Positions 47,156 through 57,324 are shown, counted from the stretch's first letter. The stretch is DNA of 64,000 nt from an uncultured Pseudomonadota bacterium (GCA_913060515.1 CAJXRZ010000022.1:10442-74441), one strand, 5' to 3'. Program-made: numbers and translations. Notes: generated by a model not told the origin, from the sequence alone.

Positions 47156-48979
47156 ATGTGCGGAATTGTTGGCTACGTAGGGCCGAAGTTGGCTGCGCCC
47201 ATTCTCTTGGACGGCCTCCGTCGCTTGGAGTACCGCGGCTATGACTCTGCCGGGGTCGCCCTGGTCGACGGGCCAACCATCACGGTGCACAAAGAAGTAG
47301 GCAAGGTCGCCATGGTTCAGGCCGTGGTCCCTGCAGATGCCCCCGGACACACTGGGATCGCGCACACACGCTGGGCGACCCACGGCGGCGTGACCCAGGC
47401 CAACGCTCACCCGCACACCGACATGGAGTTGGGCATTGCGGTGGTGCACAACGGCATCATCGACAATGACGAGGCACTGCGCCAGCGTCTGAGCGCGGCT
47501 GGCGTCGAGTTCCGATCTGAGACCGACACCGAGGTGCTCCCGCACCTGATCCGACACCACTACAAGGGTGATCCGACCCAGGCAGTGATCGATGCCCTCA
47601 AGGAGGTTCGGGGCACCTACGGCGTGGTCGTGGCCTTCGCTGAGCACCCGGGCGTCATGGTGGCCGCCCGCTTGGGCAGCCCCTTGGTGATCGGACTGGG
47701 CGAGGATGAGAATTTCATCGCTTCCGACCCCCATGCCCTCGTTCGCTACACCCGGCGCGTGATCTACTTGGAGGATCGTGAGCTGGCGACCATCACGGCC
47801 GATGGCGTGGAGTCCGTACACCTGGACGGCAGCGAGGCGCTGCACACGGTGGAGGAGCTCGAGGCGGCCTTTGGCACCGGAGACAAGGGCGAGTTCGAGC
47901 ACTACATGCTCAAGGAGATCCACGAGCAGCCAGAGAGCATCGGCCGCTGCCTGCGTGGCCGTGTTCAGCCTGAGGCGGGCACCGCACGCTTGGGTGGCTT
48001 TGATCTGCTGCCGCGGGATCTGACCGAGATCCCCTCCGTGACCATCATGGGCTGCGGCACCAGCTTCCACGCCGCAATGTTGGGCGCGATGGCCATCGAG
48101 CAGGTCGCTCGGGTGCCCGCCCGCGCGGTGATCGCCAGTGAGTTCCGTTGGTCCAACCCCCAGATCGACCCAAAGGGCTTGTACCTGGCGGTGTCCCAGT
48201 CGGGCGAGACCGCAGATACCCTTGGCGCCATCAAGGAGGTCACGACCAAGGGGGGGAAGGTCCTGGGCGTGGTGAACGTGGTGGGCTCCTCCATCGCACG
48301 CCTCTGCGGGAGCGGGGTCTACATTCACTCCGGCCCCGAGGTCGCTGTGGCCTCGACCAAGGCCTTCACCAGCCAGATCTCAGCGATGTACCTCTTCACG
48401 CTGATGCTGGGGCGCACCCTGACTCTGGCGCCGAACGAAGCCCAGCACTTGGCCCGCTCGTTGGCTGATTTACCTGAAATGGTAAGGGCTTACCTTGGGA
48501 ACCCTGGCCCCATCCAAGAGGCCGTTCGTCACCTGGTCAACGCCCGGTACGTGCTGTTCATGGGCCGTGGATTGAGCTGGCCTGTGGCGCTCGAGGGCGC
48601 GCTCAAGCTCAAGGAGCTCGCCTACATTCCATGCGAGGCCTACGCCGCCGGCGAGATGAAGCATGGCCCAATCGCCATGATGGAAGAGGGGACCCCGGTC
48701 ATCGTGATCGTGCCCAGCGACGCCAACCGCGAGCGCACCCTCTCCAACATGCGCGAGGTGCAGGCCCGCGGTGCAGCGTTGATCGTCATTCACTCCCGCG
48801 GCGACCACCAAGCGGCGAGCCTTGCCGCAGTGAGCATCCCGGTTCCCAGGGTTCACCCGCTGCTCACGCCCATGGTCACCGTTCTGCCTTTGCAGCTCTT
48901 GAGCTACCAAGCTGCGTTGGCGATGGGCCGAGACATCGACATGCCGCGCAACTTGGCCAAGAGCGTGACGGTCGAGTAG
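47156..48979 (+). CDS. glmS: glutamine--fructose-6-phosphate aminotransferase
   Basis: MCGIVG, HTRWATHG, SQSGETADT and PRNLAKSVTVE motifs. Confidence 0.98.
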   Translation: MCGIVGYVGPKLAAPILLDGLRRLEYRGYDSAGVALVDGPTITVHKEVGKVAMVQAVVPADAPGHTGIAHTRWATHGGVTQANAHPHTDMELGIAVVHNGIIDNDEALRQRLSAAGVEFRSETDTEVLPHLIRHHYKGDPTQAVIDALKEVRGTYGVVVAFAEHPGVMVAARLGSPLVIGLGEDENFIASDPHALVRYTRRVIYLEDRELATITADGVESVHLDGSEALHTVEELEAAFGTGDKGEFEHYMLKEIHEQPESIGRCLRGRVQPEAGTARLGGFDLLPRDLTEIPSVTIMGCGTSFHAAMLGAMAIEQVARVPARAVIASEFRWSNPQIDPKGLYLAVSQSGETADTLGAIKEVTTKGGKVLGVVNVVGSSIARLCGSGVYIHSGPEVAVASTKAFTSQISAMYLFTLMLGRTLTLAPNEAQHLARSLADLPEMVRAYLGNPGPIQEAVRHLVNARYVLFMGRGLSWPVALEGALKLKELAYIPCEAYAAGEMKHGPIAMMEEGTPVIVIVPSDANRERTLSNMREVQARGAALIVIHSRGDHQAASLAAVSIPVPRVHPLLTPMVTVLPLQLLSYQAALAMGRDIDMPRNLAKSVTVE

Positions 48980-49000
48980 GTCGGGTCCCATCGGAGGGCC

Positions 49001-50077
49001 CTACTTCGCGCGAAGAGCCACCATGCGCTTGTCCGTCAGGGCAACGACAACGAGTCCTTCCAGGACGACGGGCGGCAGCGCCAGTGGGGCCCCGAGCTCG
49101 AATCGGCCCCACTCGCCACCGTCGTCCAGATCCAGGACCCTGAGGGTCCCATCGCTCAGGCCCAGGTAGCCGCGTCCTTGGGCCACGCTCAGATCGGTCA
49201 CCGCGCCGGCTGAGAGCTCGGTTCGCCATCGGAGCGCGCCGGTGTCCCAATCAAAGGCCTGCACAACGCCTCGTGCGTCGACGACGAGCACGGCCTGGTC
49301 CCAGAGAGCCAGGCCACCGATGGGGCCAAAGTCCAGCTCGTGGCGCCAGATGAGCGCTCCTTCCATGTCGAAGCAGTTCAGCTGTCCGGTGGCCACGCTG
49401 TGGGGCGCGCTGGCCGCGTAGACGCGCTCTTGAAAATAGAGGGGGCGGGACTGGCCCGGGCCTCCGAGGTTGCTGCGCCAGAGTTCTCCCGGCGGACCTG
49501 CGGCGACGAGCTCTCCGCCTTCGGTGGCGATGTAGATCTGAAGCCCGTCGGTGACGAGGTTGGCCGCCGGTGGGGAGCCCAGGTCCAAAGCCCACTGGGG
49601 CAAGGTGCCGGCGCGGGTCAACATGACCTCGGCTGTACCCACCGCTACGGGAGGGCCCTGGAGGGGCGCAGCGAGGAGGGTCGGCTCGGGGGTCTGGCAG
49701 GAAGGATCCCCACAGCGACGCAACTCCGTCTCTGAGATTGCGATTAGCGCCCCATCGACCAGTCCCAGGTCGCTGCGCCCCTCAAGCTCGGTCCAGAGAG
49801 GCTGGCCTTGGGCGCTCAGGCTGATCAATACCTGGGCACTGCTGAGCGCAACGCCCCCTTGCCACGGCACCAGACCGGTGGCTTGCGCGGTGAGCTCCTT
49901 CTCCCAGGCCAACTCCAAGGGCGGCATGGGGCCGCGCACACCGTAGCCCTGCGCCCCGCTGTCCCAGGCGGGCAGACGTGGATTGGCCTTGACCACGGAT
50001 GGCGGGGCGGCGACTTCGATGGGTACTGCGCGGGGGTTGGCCTTTGGGCCGGCGCAGCTCAGGGTGATCCACAACAC
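49001..50077 (-). CDS. PQQ-like beta-propeller lipoprotein (BamB-like repeats)
   Basis: Repeated GxLxW motifs (GELWR, GALIWR, TGALRWR); TLS-C at residue 8. Confidence 0.75.
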   Translation of the reverse strand: MLWITLSCAGPKANPRAVPIEVAAPPSVVKANPRLPAWDSGAQGYGVRGPMPPLELAWEKELTAQATGLVPWQGGVALSSAQVLISLSAQGQPLWTELEGRSDLGLVDGALIAISETELRRCGDPSCQTPEPTLLAAPLQGPPVAVGTAEVMLTRAGTLPQWALDLGSPPAANLVTDGLQIYIATEGGELVAAGPPGELWRSNLGGPGQSRPLYFQERVYAASAPHSVATGQLNCFDMEGALIWRHELDFGPIGGLALWDQAVLVVDARGVVQAFDWDTGALRWRTELSAGAVTDLSVAQGRGYLGLSDGTLRVLDLDDGGEWGRFELGAPLALPPVVLEGLVVVALTDKRMVALRAK

Positions 50078-50163
50078 GGCGCCATTGTATGGGGATGCAC
50101 CCAGCTCGTCAGCAGTGCGTCAGGTGACTTGCCCCGATGGCCTCGCAGTGTCAGGCTGCGCCC

Positions 50164-51360
50164 ATGAAGAAGACCCTGATCGTTGGCCTGTTCCTCGGCC
50201 TGAGCTCCTGCGCGACTGCGCCCAACAAGATCGCTGATCACAAGGTGTACGCCGACGAGGCCGACGCCCTCGACCACAGCGGCGATGTCTTGCGCTTCGC
50301 CGTGGTCGGAAACGTGCGCGCGCCGGTGCCGGTTCTGGACAAGGCCGGGCGGAAGGGGGCCACCGAAGGGGTCAACGCGGCCATCGTCAGCGATCTGCGC
50401 AAGCGCGTGGATCGCAAGCAGCTCGATTTCGTGGCGCTGATGGGCGACAACGTGCGGTGGTCGTCCACAAAAGAGTGGAAGGTCTTTGACTCCCTCTGGC
50501 AGGAGGTCTTGGACGGTGAGACCGTGCCCACCACGGAGGGCTACCGGATCCCGGCCCTGCCGGTGATCGGCGACGTGGACAGCCGCAACGACAAGAGCCT
50601 GCAAGGTGTCTACGGGGCCTTCCCCGAGGTCGGTGTGGACATCGGTCACGCCCGCGTGGCGAGCTGGTACAGCTTCGATGTGCGGGTAGAGGGCACCATC
50701 TGGCGCATGATCGTGCTCGACTCCAACAAGGACCGCTTGGGCAGCCGCTGGAACGAGCAGCTCTACTGGATCCCCGAGGCCACCGAGGGCCGCTTCGATC
50801 ACGTCGTGGTCTTCATGCACGACCCGATCGTGACCCTGACCAAGGGCACCGAGCCCAACGTCGACGGCGCCCCGATGGAGCTGATCGATGCGGTCGAAGA
50901 GAGCGCCGGGCTGATGAAGATCCGGGCGATCTTCTCGGCCGAGCCGCACTCCACCGAGATCTTCCTGCCCAGCGGTCCTCTCGGGGAAGCCCACTTCACC
51001 GCGGGTGGAGGCGGCGCGCCCGCGGAGACCCAGGAGCGCTGGGGGAATGGAGATGCCTTGGGCTACGGAGATCTCCAGCTTGAGCCGCTCTTCGACCTGG
51101 CGTTGCAGAACGAGTTCGACCGACAGGCCGGCGCACAGACCTTCCCGGACGAGGTCATCGACCACGCCAAGGCAAGCGGCACCTGGGAGGGCTTCACGGC
51201 CGCTTACGATGCGCGCTATTTCCCGCTCTATGGCTTCTGGATGGCTGAGATTCAAGGCGATGAGCTGCGGGTTGCATACGAGCAGTATCAGCCAGATGGT
51301 AGCTTCAAAGAGGCGTACCACATTAAGTTGGTAGACGGAAAGTGGCGGCCCAAGGGGTGA
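50164..51360 (+). CDS. calcineurin-like metallophosphoesterase-fold lipoprotein with degenerate metal motifs
   Basis: FAVVGNVR, MGDNV, PVIGDVD, WYSFD, VLDSN, FMHDP and FSAEPH in the expected order. Confidence 0.75.
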   Translation: MKKTLIVGLFLGLSSCATAPNKIADHKVYADEADALDHSGDVLRFAVVGNVRAPVPVLDKAGRKGATEGVNAAIVSDLRKRVDRKQLDFVALMGDNVRWSSTKEWKVFDSLWQEVLDGETVPTTEGYRIPALPVIGDVDSRNDKSLQGVYGAFPEVGVDIGHARVASWYSFDVRVEGTIWRMIVLDSNKDRLGSRWNEQLYWIPEATEGRFDHVVVFMHDPIVTLTKGTEPNVDGAPMELIDAVEESAGLMKIRAIFSAEPHSTEIFLPSGPLGEAHFTAGGGGAPAETQERWGNGDALGYGDLQLEPLFDLALQNEFDRQAGAQTFPDEVIDHAKASGTWEGFTAAYDARYFPLYGFWMAEIQGDELRVAYEQYQPDGSFKEAYHIKLVDGKWRPKG

Positions 51361-51364
51361 GCGC

Positions 51365-51886
51365 TTGTTGAACCTTCTCCCAGTTCTTCTGCCCATGGGG
51401 GAGCTGGGTGCGTCTGTTGGGGTGGGCGTGGTCAGGCCCATGTCCCAGGAGTTCTCACGCTTTGAGGGCGTCTTGGGGCCTCAGCTGGAGTTGGGCTATC
51501 AGCACGCTTTGACCCCCGGCTTGCAGGTCCGAGTCTCTTGGCGAATGCTCTCGGACCTGGATGCGCGTTCTACAGGCTTGGGGGTCGGTTTAGGCCTTGG
51601 CTTGCCAGCTCAGTTCATCTTGGGCGGGCAAGTTCGCATGGACAGCCAGCAGTGGGAGCTGGTGACGGAGGATTGCCTGGCCGCTTGGTGCGTTCCACCC
51701 AAGCCGCCCGAGCTCTCCATCGCCGGCAGCCTCACGCGGGCCTCTGTCCTCAGTGAGCGCCTGGTTCTGGAGTACGGCGTGCATGTGGCGGCGGGTGTCG
51801 CGAGCTGGTCGACGGGCAGCGCGCAGGCCGGGAGTCAGTACCGCTCCGCCTCCGCCCAAGTTTGGTTCTGGCCGAACCGGGCCTAG
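51365..51886 (+). CDS. hypothetical protein
   Basis: ORF fills the gap between neighbours; beta-strand-like pattern. Confidence 0.45.
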   Translation: MLNLLPVLLPMGELGASVGVGVVRPMSQEFSRFEGVLGPQLELGYQHALTPGLQVRVSWRMLSDLDARSTGLGVGLGLGLPAQFILGGQVRMDSQQWELVTEDCLAAWCVPPKPPELSIAGSLTRASVLSERLVLEYGVHVAAGVASWSTGSAQAGSQYRSASAQVWFWPNRA

Positions 51887-52290
51887 TTGAGCGGTTCCAC
51901 GCGGATGTACAGGGCGGCCCGACCAAAGTCTTTGCGCCAACGCTCTGGTGTGATCTCGGTGTAGAGCGTCCCTCTGGCTCCAAGCAAGGCCATGCCGCCG
52001 GGCTGCTGACCCCGCACAACTACGAAGAACTGCTCTTCCTCGAAACCGTAGCCCAAGCAGTAGTCCTTCCTGCGCCACCGGAAGCTGCTTAGGCCCTCGT
52101 CCTGGTCTGTGTCCGTGAGCAGCAAGGTGCGGCCCAGTGGCGTGCTCACGCGAACTTGTACAGGGGGATCGGGCGGTGTGAACGGGGTGGCCTCGACCGG
52201 GGTGAGCGCCTCTGGGATGCACGCTGTGGCCGGCCCAGATTGGGGCAGGGGACTGGCCCACAGGGGAGAGATCAGCAAAAGAGAGAGCAC
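51883..52290 (-). CDS. exported hypothetical protein
   Basis: Short signal MLSLLLISPLWA; starts 5 nt after upstream stop. Confidence 0.55.
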   Translation of the reverse strand: MLSLLLISPLWASPLPQSGPATACIPEALTPVEATPFTPPDPPVQVRVSTPLGRTLLLTDTDQDEGLSSFRWRRKDYCLGYGFEEEQFFVVVRGQQPGGMALLGARGTLYTEITPERWRKDFGRAALYIRVEPLN

Positions 52291-52294
52291 CGAC

Positions 52295-52762
52295 TCAGGC
52301 CTCGAGCTTGCCGCTCTCTACGTCTTGGTAGATCTCCTTCTTGAGGTTGGAGAGGATGGTCACAAGACCCTTTTCCAGTCCATCTCGCAGGCCGCCTACG
52401 TCAACGACCAGGCCAAACATCGAGCCCGGGTCGTAGTCCATGTGCAGGGTGATCAGGGTGTCCCTGGAGCCCCGGGGAGTGCGCAGCGAGTAGTGCAGCT
52501 TGCCCTTTGTGCGCTTGCCGTCGGTCTCACAGAGGATTCGGCGGCCACCATGCTCATCGTCAGCGGCGATGAAGCGGTAGCGCATCACCCGGGACTTTGG
52601 AAAGAGCTTGAGGGTGCAGGTCCACTCGGTGTCGCTGGCCCGGCTGACGTCGTTGAAGGCGCCTGCCAAGAAGCGGTCGTGGTTGTCCGTGACGCTGAGC
52701 CAAGCAAAGACGTCCTTGCGCTTGAGTCCTTCGACGACGTTGTCCACGGTAATGACGGGCAT
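52295..52762 (-). CDS. SRPBCC/START-like ligand-binding protein
   Basis: DVFAWLS..NH..F, TLITLHMDYDPG and C-terminal LSNLKKEI helix; AGGAG RBS. Confidence 0.7.
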   Translation of the reverse strand: MPVITVDNVVEGLKRKDVFAWLSVTDNHDRFLAGAFNDVSRASDTEWTCTLKLFPKSRVMRYRFIAADDEHGGRRILCETDGKRTKGKLHYSLRTPRGSRDTLITLHMDYDPGSMFGLVVDVGGLRDGLEKGLVTILSNLKKEIYQDVESGKLEA

Positions 52763-52839
52763 GTGGCGCTCCTGCTGCTTTGGGCGTCTCTAACACGGCT
52801 CTGCGGCGGGGCAGGGCAGGGACCGTTAGACTTGGTGCT

Positions 52840-53733
52840 GTGATTCCAGCTCTCATTCCCTATTGGCAACCCCAGGTCTACCAGCTCGGGCCGATCCCCA
52901 TCGACCCCTGGGCCACCCTGGTCTGCATCGCTTTCGTCCTTGGCCTGGAGGTCGGCCGCTCACGTGGCCTGCGGAAGGGCCTGGCCCCGCGGGATGTCGT
53001 GGACGGCGCAGTCTTTGTGGTCGCGATGGGCTTCGTGGTCGGTCACCTGGTGCACGTGTTGGCCTACAACCGCCACCTGATGCAGCTGGACGGCCAGTTC
53101 GACCCCTGGACGGCCTTTGTGGCGCTGGCCTCTGTCTGGGCGGGTTTCTCCTCCAACGGTGGCTTCCTCGGCGCCGTGATTGGTGCGATCCTGTTCTACA
53201 AGTTCATCCGACCACGGGACTTCTGGAAGTTCGCCGACAACGCCATGTATGGCTTCCCCTTTGGCTACATCTTCGGGCGCTTGGGCTGCTTCAGCGTGCA
53301 CGACCACATCGGGGTCAAGGCCAGCGAGTTCCCCTTGCTGCGCTTCCTCGCGGTCGATTTCCCTGCGCCCTACGAGCCTCGCTACGATCTCGGCCTGCTC
53401 GAGGCCATCTGGGTGGCCATGGTGGCTGCGCTCTTCTTCGCGGTCGATCGCAAGTGGCCCAAGGCCCCGAACGGGAAGTTCATCGCCCTCTGGGGCATGA
53501 CCTATGCCCCGATGCGCTTCTTGATGGACTTTCTGCGAAACACTGACCTGGGTGAGGCAAGCGACGTTCGCTATCTGGGCCTGACCCCGGCTCAGTACGG
53601 CAGCTTGCTGACCATGTTCGGCAGCACGATGGTGCTGATCTGGCTGCTCAAGCGAAAGAAGAAGGGGGCTGCGGTGTCTTCGAGCCTTCAAGAAGGCGAC
53701 TCTGAGATCGCCGCTACTGAGACGGGTGATTAG
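52840..53733 (+). CDS. lgt: prolipoprotein diacylglyceryl transferase family protein (divergent)
   Basis: LGPIPI N-terminus, GGFLGA, FGRLGCF, YAPMRFLMDFLR and GLTPAQY motifs. Confidence 0.85.
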   Translation: MIPALIPYWQPQVYQLGPIPIDPWATLVCIAFVLGLEVGRSRGLRKGLAPRDVVDGAVFVVAMGFVVGHLVHVLAYNRHLMQLDGQFDPWTAFVALASVWAGFSSNGGFLGAVIGAILFYKFIRPRDFWKFADNAMYGFPFGYIFGRLGCFSVHDHIGVKASEFPLLRFLAVDFPAPYEPRYDLGLLEAIWVAMVAALFFAVDRKWPKAPNGKFIALWGMTYAPMRFLMDFLRNTDLGEASDVRYLGLTPAQYGSLLTMFGSTMVLIWLLKRKKKGAAVSSSLQEGDSEIAATETGD

Positions 53734-53771
53734 GCTGGCCCTCAATTGGGAATCCCCAAAGGATGGACAGC

Positions 53772-54221
53772 ATGGCGATCGTTGACGAAGTCACCCAGCA
53801 CATGAAGGCCGCGATGAGGGCCAAGGACAAGGAGAGGCTTCAAGCCATCCGTATGATCCGGGCCCGCATCATTGAGCTCTCCAAGACCGCCAAAGCCGAC
53901 ACCGGCGACGAGGCCATCATCGCGGAGCTGCGCTCCATGGTGAAGCAGCGCAAGGATGCCTCCAAGACCTACGTCGAAGGCGGAAGGCAGGATCTGGCCG
54001 ACATCGAGAACAGCGAGATCGCTGTCATCGAGGAGTTCTTGCCAGGCCTCGCGGACGCTGCGCAGACGCAGATCTGGGTGGACGAAGCCGTCGCGAGCAG
54101 CGGTGCGTCCACACCAAAGGACATGGGCCGCGCAATGGGGGCCTTGATGAAGGCTCACAAGGGTGAGATCGACGGCGGCATGGCCCGCACGATGATTCAG
54201 AAAGCACTGTCCGGCGCCTAA
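53772..54221 (+). CDS. GatB/YqeY domain protein
   Basis: MKAAMRAKDKERL, VKQRKDA, GRQDLA and KDMGRAMG motifs. Confidence 0.93.
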   Translation: MAIVDEVTQHMKAAMRAKDKERLQAIRMIRARIIELSKTAKADTGDEAIIAELRSMVKQRKDASKTYVEGGRQDLADIENSEIAVIEEFLPGLADAAQTQIWVDEAVASSGASTPKDMGRAMGALMKAHKGEIDGGMARTMIQKALSGA

Positions 54222-54249
54222 ACAGCTCAATCAGCCTGGGATTACCAAC

Positions 54250-55590
54250 GTGTTTCGACGCATTCTCATCGCCAACCGAGGCGAGGTCGCCACCCGGGTT
54301 CTACGAACCTGCAAGCGCATGGGCATTGAGGTGGTCGCCGTGACCTCTCAGGCTGACGCGGAGCTGGGCTGGCTCAAAGAGGCCGACCAGGTGGTCTGCA
54401 TCGGTCCAGCCAAGTCTGCTGGCAGCTACTTGAGCCAGGAAAATCTCCTGGAAGCGGCCAAGCAGACAGGCGCCACGGCCATTCACCCAGGCTGGGGCTT
54501 CTTGGCAGAGAATGCTGATTTTGCGGCACGTTGTGAGGCGGCTGGGATCACCTTCATCGGTCCTGGGCCGAGGGTCATGCGCTCCATGGGCGACAAGATC
54601 CAGGCTCGGGACACGATGAGTGCTCTGGGAATGCCGCTCATCCCTGGCTCGCCAGGGGAGGTACGGGATCTGAAGGAAGCCAGCGAGGAGGCGGAGCGCA
54701 TCGGATATCCGGTGCTGCTCAAGGCCACCGCGGGCGGCGGAGGGCGCGGCATGCGCCGCGTCTTTGGCCCCGAGGGTCTCAAGGAGGGCTTTGAGAGCGC
54801 CAGCAACGAGAGCATGGCGGCCTTTGGCAACGGCGCCCTCTACATGGAGAAGCTCATCGTCGCCGGCAGGCACATCGAGTTTCAAGTGGTGGTCGACCGC
54901 TACGGAAACGCGGTCCACCTGGGGGAGCGCGAGTGCTCCATCCAGCGCCGCCACCAGAAGTTGATCGAAGAGAGCCCCAGCCCAGCGCTGACGGCTGCTC
55001 AACGAGAAGAAGTGGGCGCGCTGGTGGCCGGAATCGCTGCCAAGGCGGGCTACCGCAATGCGGGCACCATCGAGATGCTGCGCGATGCCACCAGCGGTGA
55101 GCTCTACTTCATGGAGATGAACACCCGCCTGCAGGTGGAGCACACCATCTCGGAGGAGGTCACGGGCATTGACCTGGTGGAGCTTCAGCTCAAGATCGCT
55201 GCGAACCACGCCATCGACCCCACGCCCCCACAGATGAGCGGACACGCCATCGAGGCGCGCATCAACGCGGAGGATGTAGAGCAGGACTTCCGCCCTTGCC
55301 CTGGCACCATCACCCGCCTGGTCTGGCCAGAGGGGGAGGGGATCCGGGTGGACTCCCACCTGCACCAAGGCGACGAGATCAGCCCCCACTACGACTCGAT
55401 GATCGCCAAGATCATCGCCCACGGAAGTGACCGGGCTCAGGCCATCGCGCGCCTGAAGCAAGCCCTCACGGACCTCGTTGTGGAGGGGGTGAAAACGACC
55501 ACGCCGCTGCATCTGAGGGTCCTGGACAACGAAGCGTTCCTCTCCGGCGACTACGACACCACCACCCTGACCCGCATGCTGGAGGCCTGA
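54250..55590 (+). CDS. accC: biotin carboxylase subunit
   Basis: ILIANRGE, HPGWGFLAEN, GGGGRGMR, RECSIQRRHQK, EMNTRLQVEH and YDSMIAK motifs. Confidence 0.95.
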   Translation: MFRRILIANRGEVATRVLRTCKRMGIEVVAVTSQADAELGWLKEADQVVCIGPAKSAGSYLSQENLLEAAKQTGATAIHPGWGFLAENADFAARCEAAGITFIGPGPRVMRSMGDKIQARDTMSALGMPLIPGSPGEVRDLKEASEEAERIGYPVLLKATAGGGGRGMRRVFGPEGLKEGFESASNESMAAFGNGALYMEKLIVAGRHIEFQVVVDRYGNAVHLGERECSIQRRHQKLIEESPSPALTAAQREEVGALVAGIAAKAGYRNAGTIEMLRDATSGELYFMEMNTRLQVEHTISEEVTGIDLVELQLKIAANHAIDPTPPQMSGHAIEARINAEDVEQDFRPCPGTITRLVWPEGEGIRVDSHLHQGDEISPHYDSMIAKIIAHGSDRAQAIARLKQALTDLVVEGVKTTTPLHLRVLDNEAFLSGDYDTTTLTRMLEA

Positions 55591-55593
55591 GCC

Positions 55594-57324
55594 ATGGCCC
55601 GCACCCCACTGGATCGCTTGGGCAGTCCCATCGATGAGCTGATGGACGCCGCCACCCGCAGCGCCAACGCAGACAAGATGGCCGCGCTGGATGCCTCCCT
55701 GGAGGAGAAGCTGGAGCAGGTTCGCGCCGGCTGGGGCCAGAAATACCTGGACCGGGTGCATGCCAAGGGCAAGCTGAGCACCTGGGAGCGGGCCGAGCTG
55801 CTGGCAGACCCAGGCTCCGAGATCTTCCCCATTGGCTCGCTGGTCAACCACGGCGTGCAGTTCTCGGGAAGCCGTCGTGCGGCGCCTGGTGCTGGCGTGC
55901 TGACGGCTTTTGTGCAGGTGCACGGACGCTGGGTCATCGCCGTGGCCAACGACAACACCGTCGCCAGCGGCAGCTGGTGGCCCAAGACCCCTGAGAAGAT
56001 TCAGCGGGCACAAGAAGTGGCCTTGAAGCTGCGCTTGCCGGTGGTCTACTTGGTTGACTGCAGCGGGCTCTTCCTGCCAGAGCAGGCCGCCAGCTTCCCA
56101 GGTCGAAGCGGCGCGGGCCACATCTTCAAGAAGAACGCCGAGCTCTCGGCAAACGGCGTGCCTCAGATCGCTGGGGTCTTCGGGGACTGCATCGCGGGCG
56201 GTGGCTACATGCCGCTGATCTCGGACCGGGTGTATATGACCGAGTCCGCCTACATGGTCATCGCAGGTGCAGCGCTCATTCAGGGCGCCAAGAGCTTGAA
56301 GTTGACCTCGCTGGACATCGGCGGTCCCGAGGTGCACGTGGGCCGTTCTGGCTGCGCGGACGTTCGGGTGCCTGATGATGCAAGCTGCATTCGACTCATC
56401 AGAGAAGAGGTCGAGCGCCTACCCTCCAGCGCCGCGGACTTCTACCGGCATGGGGCGGAGGCGATGGATCCAGCCCTGGACCCTGGCGAGCTCTCGGCCA
56501 TCTTCCCGGTGGATCACCGCCAGACCTATGCCCCACGCGAGGTCATCGCGCGCCTGGTCGACGGCTCGCTCTTTCACGAGGTGATGGCGGACCGGGGACG
56601 GGAAGTCATCGTTGGGGTGGCGCGCATTCAGGGACTCTGGGTCGGCTTGTTGATGAACAACCCTCAGCTCACTGAGCACCCGGACAAGCCGGGTGAGATG
56701 CGCGCTGGGGGCATTCTGTACCGCGATGGCATCGCCAAGCTCTCTGCCTTCTCGCGGGCCTGCAACGACGACGGCATTCCGATGTTCTGGCTGCAGGACA
56801 TCGCTGGTTTTGACATCGGCGCCGAGGCCGAGGCCATGGGCTTGCTCGGCTACGGAAGCTCGCTGATCTATGGGATCTCCACCCATCAGACGCCGATGTT
56901 CACCGTGCTGATGCGAAAGGCGAGCGGCGCTGGCTACTACGCCATGGCCGGTCACCCCTACGAGCCCGTGTTGCAGCTCTCCACGCCCATTACTCGCCAA
57001 GCAGTGATGGAGGGACGTACCCTGGCCATCGCGGCCTACAACACCAAGCTGGACGACAACTTCGAGATCGCGACCGAGGATCCTGAAGAGCGCGCTCAGA
57101 TCGAAGCGGGCATGGCTCAGACGGCCGCGCGCATCGAGGCGGACATGGACCCGGTGGCCAGCGCCAGCCGCATGGACACGGACGAGGTCATCCCCCTGGA
57201 CGCCTTGCGGCGTTGGCTCGAGGTGCTGACCTTGGCCAGCTACCAGAGCATCGGCCACCGCCGAATCAAGAACCCACGCATCTGGTCGCTCCATGACCTG
57301 GAGGCATTGCTGCGATGCCGTTGA
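55594..57324 (+). CDS. acyl-CoA carboxylase carboxyltransferase subunit (PCC/MCC-beta-like)
   Basis: [33 protein letters not shown] and [11 protein letters not shown] motifs. Confidence 0.9.
   Translation: MARTPLDRLGSPIDELMDAATRSANADKMAALDASLEEKLEQVRAGWGQKYLDRVHAKGKLSTWERAELLADPGSEIFPIGSLVNHGVQFSGSRRAAPGAGVLTAFVQVHGRWVIAVANDNTVASGSWWPKTPEKIQRAQEVALKLRLPVVYLVDCSGLFLPEQAASFPGRSGAGHIFKKNAELSANGVPQIAGVFGDCIAGGGYMPLISDRVYMTESAYMVIAGAALIQGAKSLKLTSLDIGGPEVHVGRSGCADVRVPDDASCIRLIREEVERLPSSAADFYRHGAEAMDPALDPGELSAIFPVDHRQTYAPREVIARLVDGSLFHEVMADRGREVIVGVARIQGLWVGLLMNNPQLTEHPDKPGEMRAGGILYRDGIAKLSAFSRACNDDGIPMFWLQDIAGFDIGAEAEAMGLLGYGSSLIYGISTHQTPMFTVLMRKASGAGYYAMAGHPYEPVLQLSTPITRQAVMEGRTLAIAAYNTKLDDNFEIATEDPEERAQIEAGMAQTAARIEADMDPVASASRMDTDEVIPLDALRRWLEVLTLASYQSIGHRRIKNPRIWSLHDLEALLRCR

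Noticed and set aside
47100..47156. glmS ribozyme
   Set aside because: Only 3 nt separate glmS from the upstream CDS
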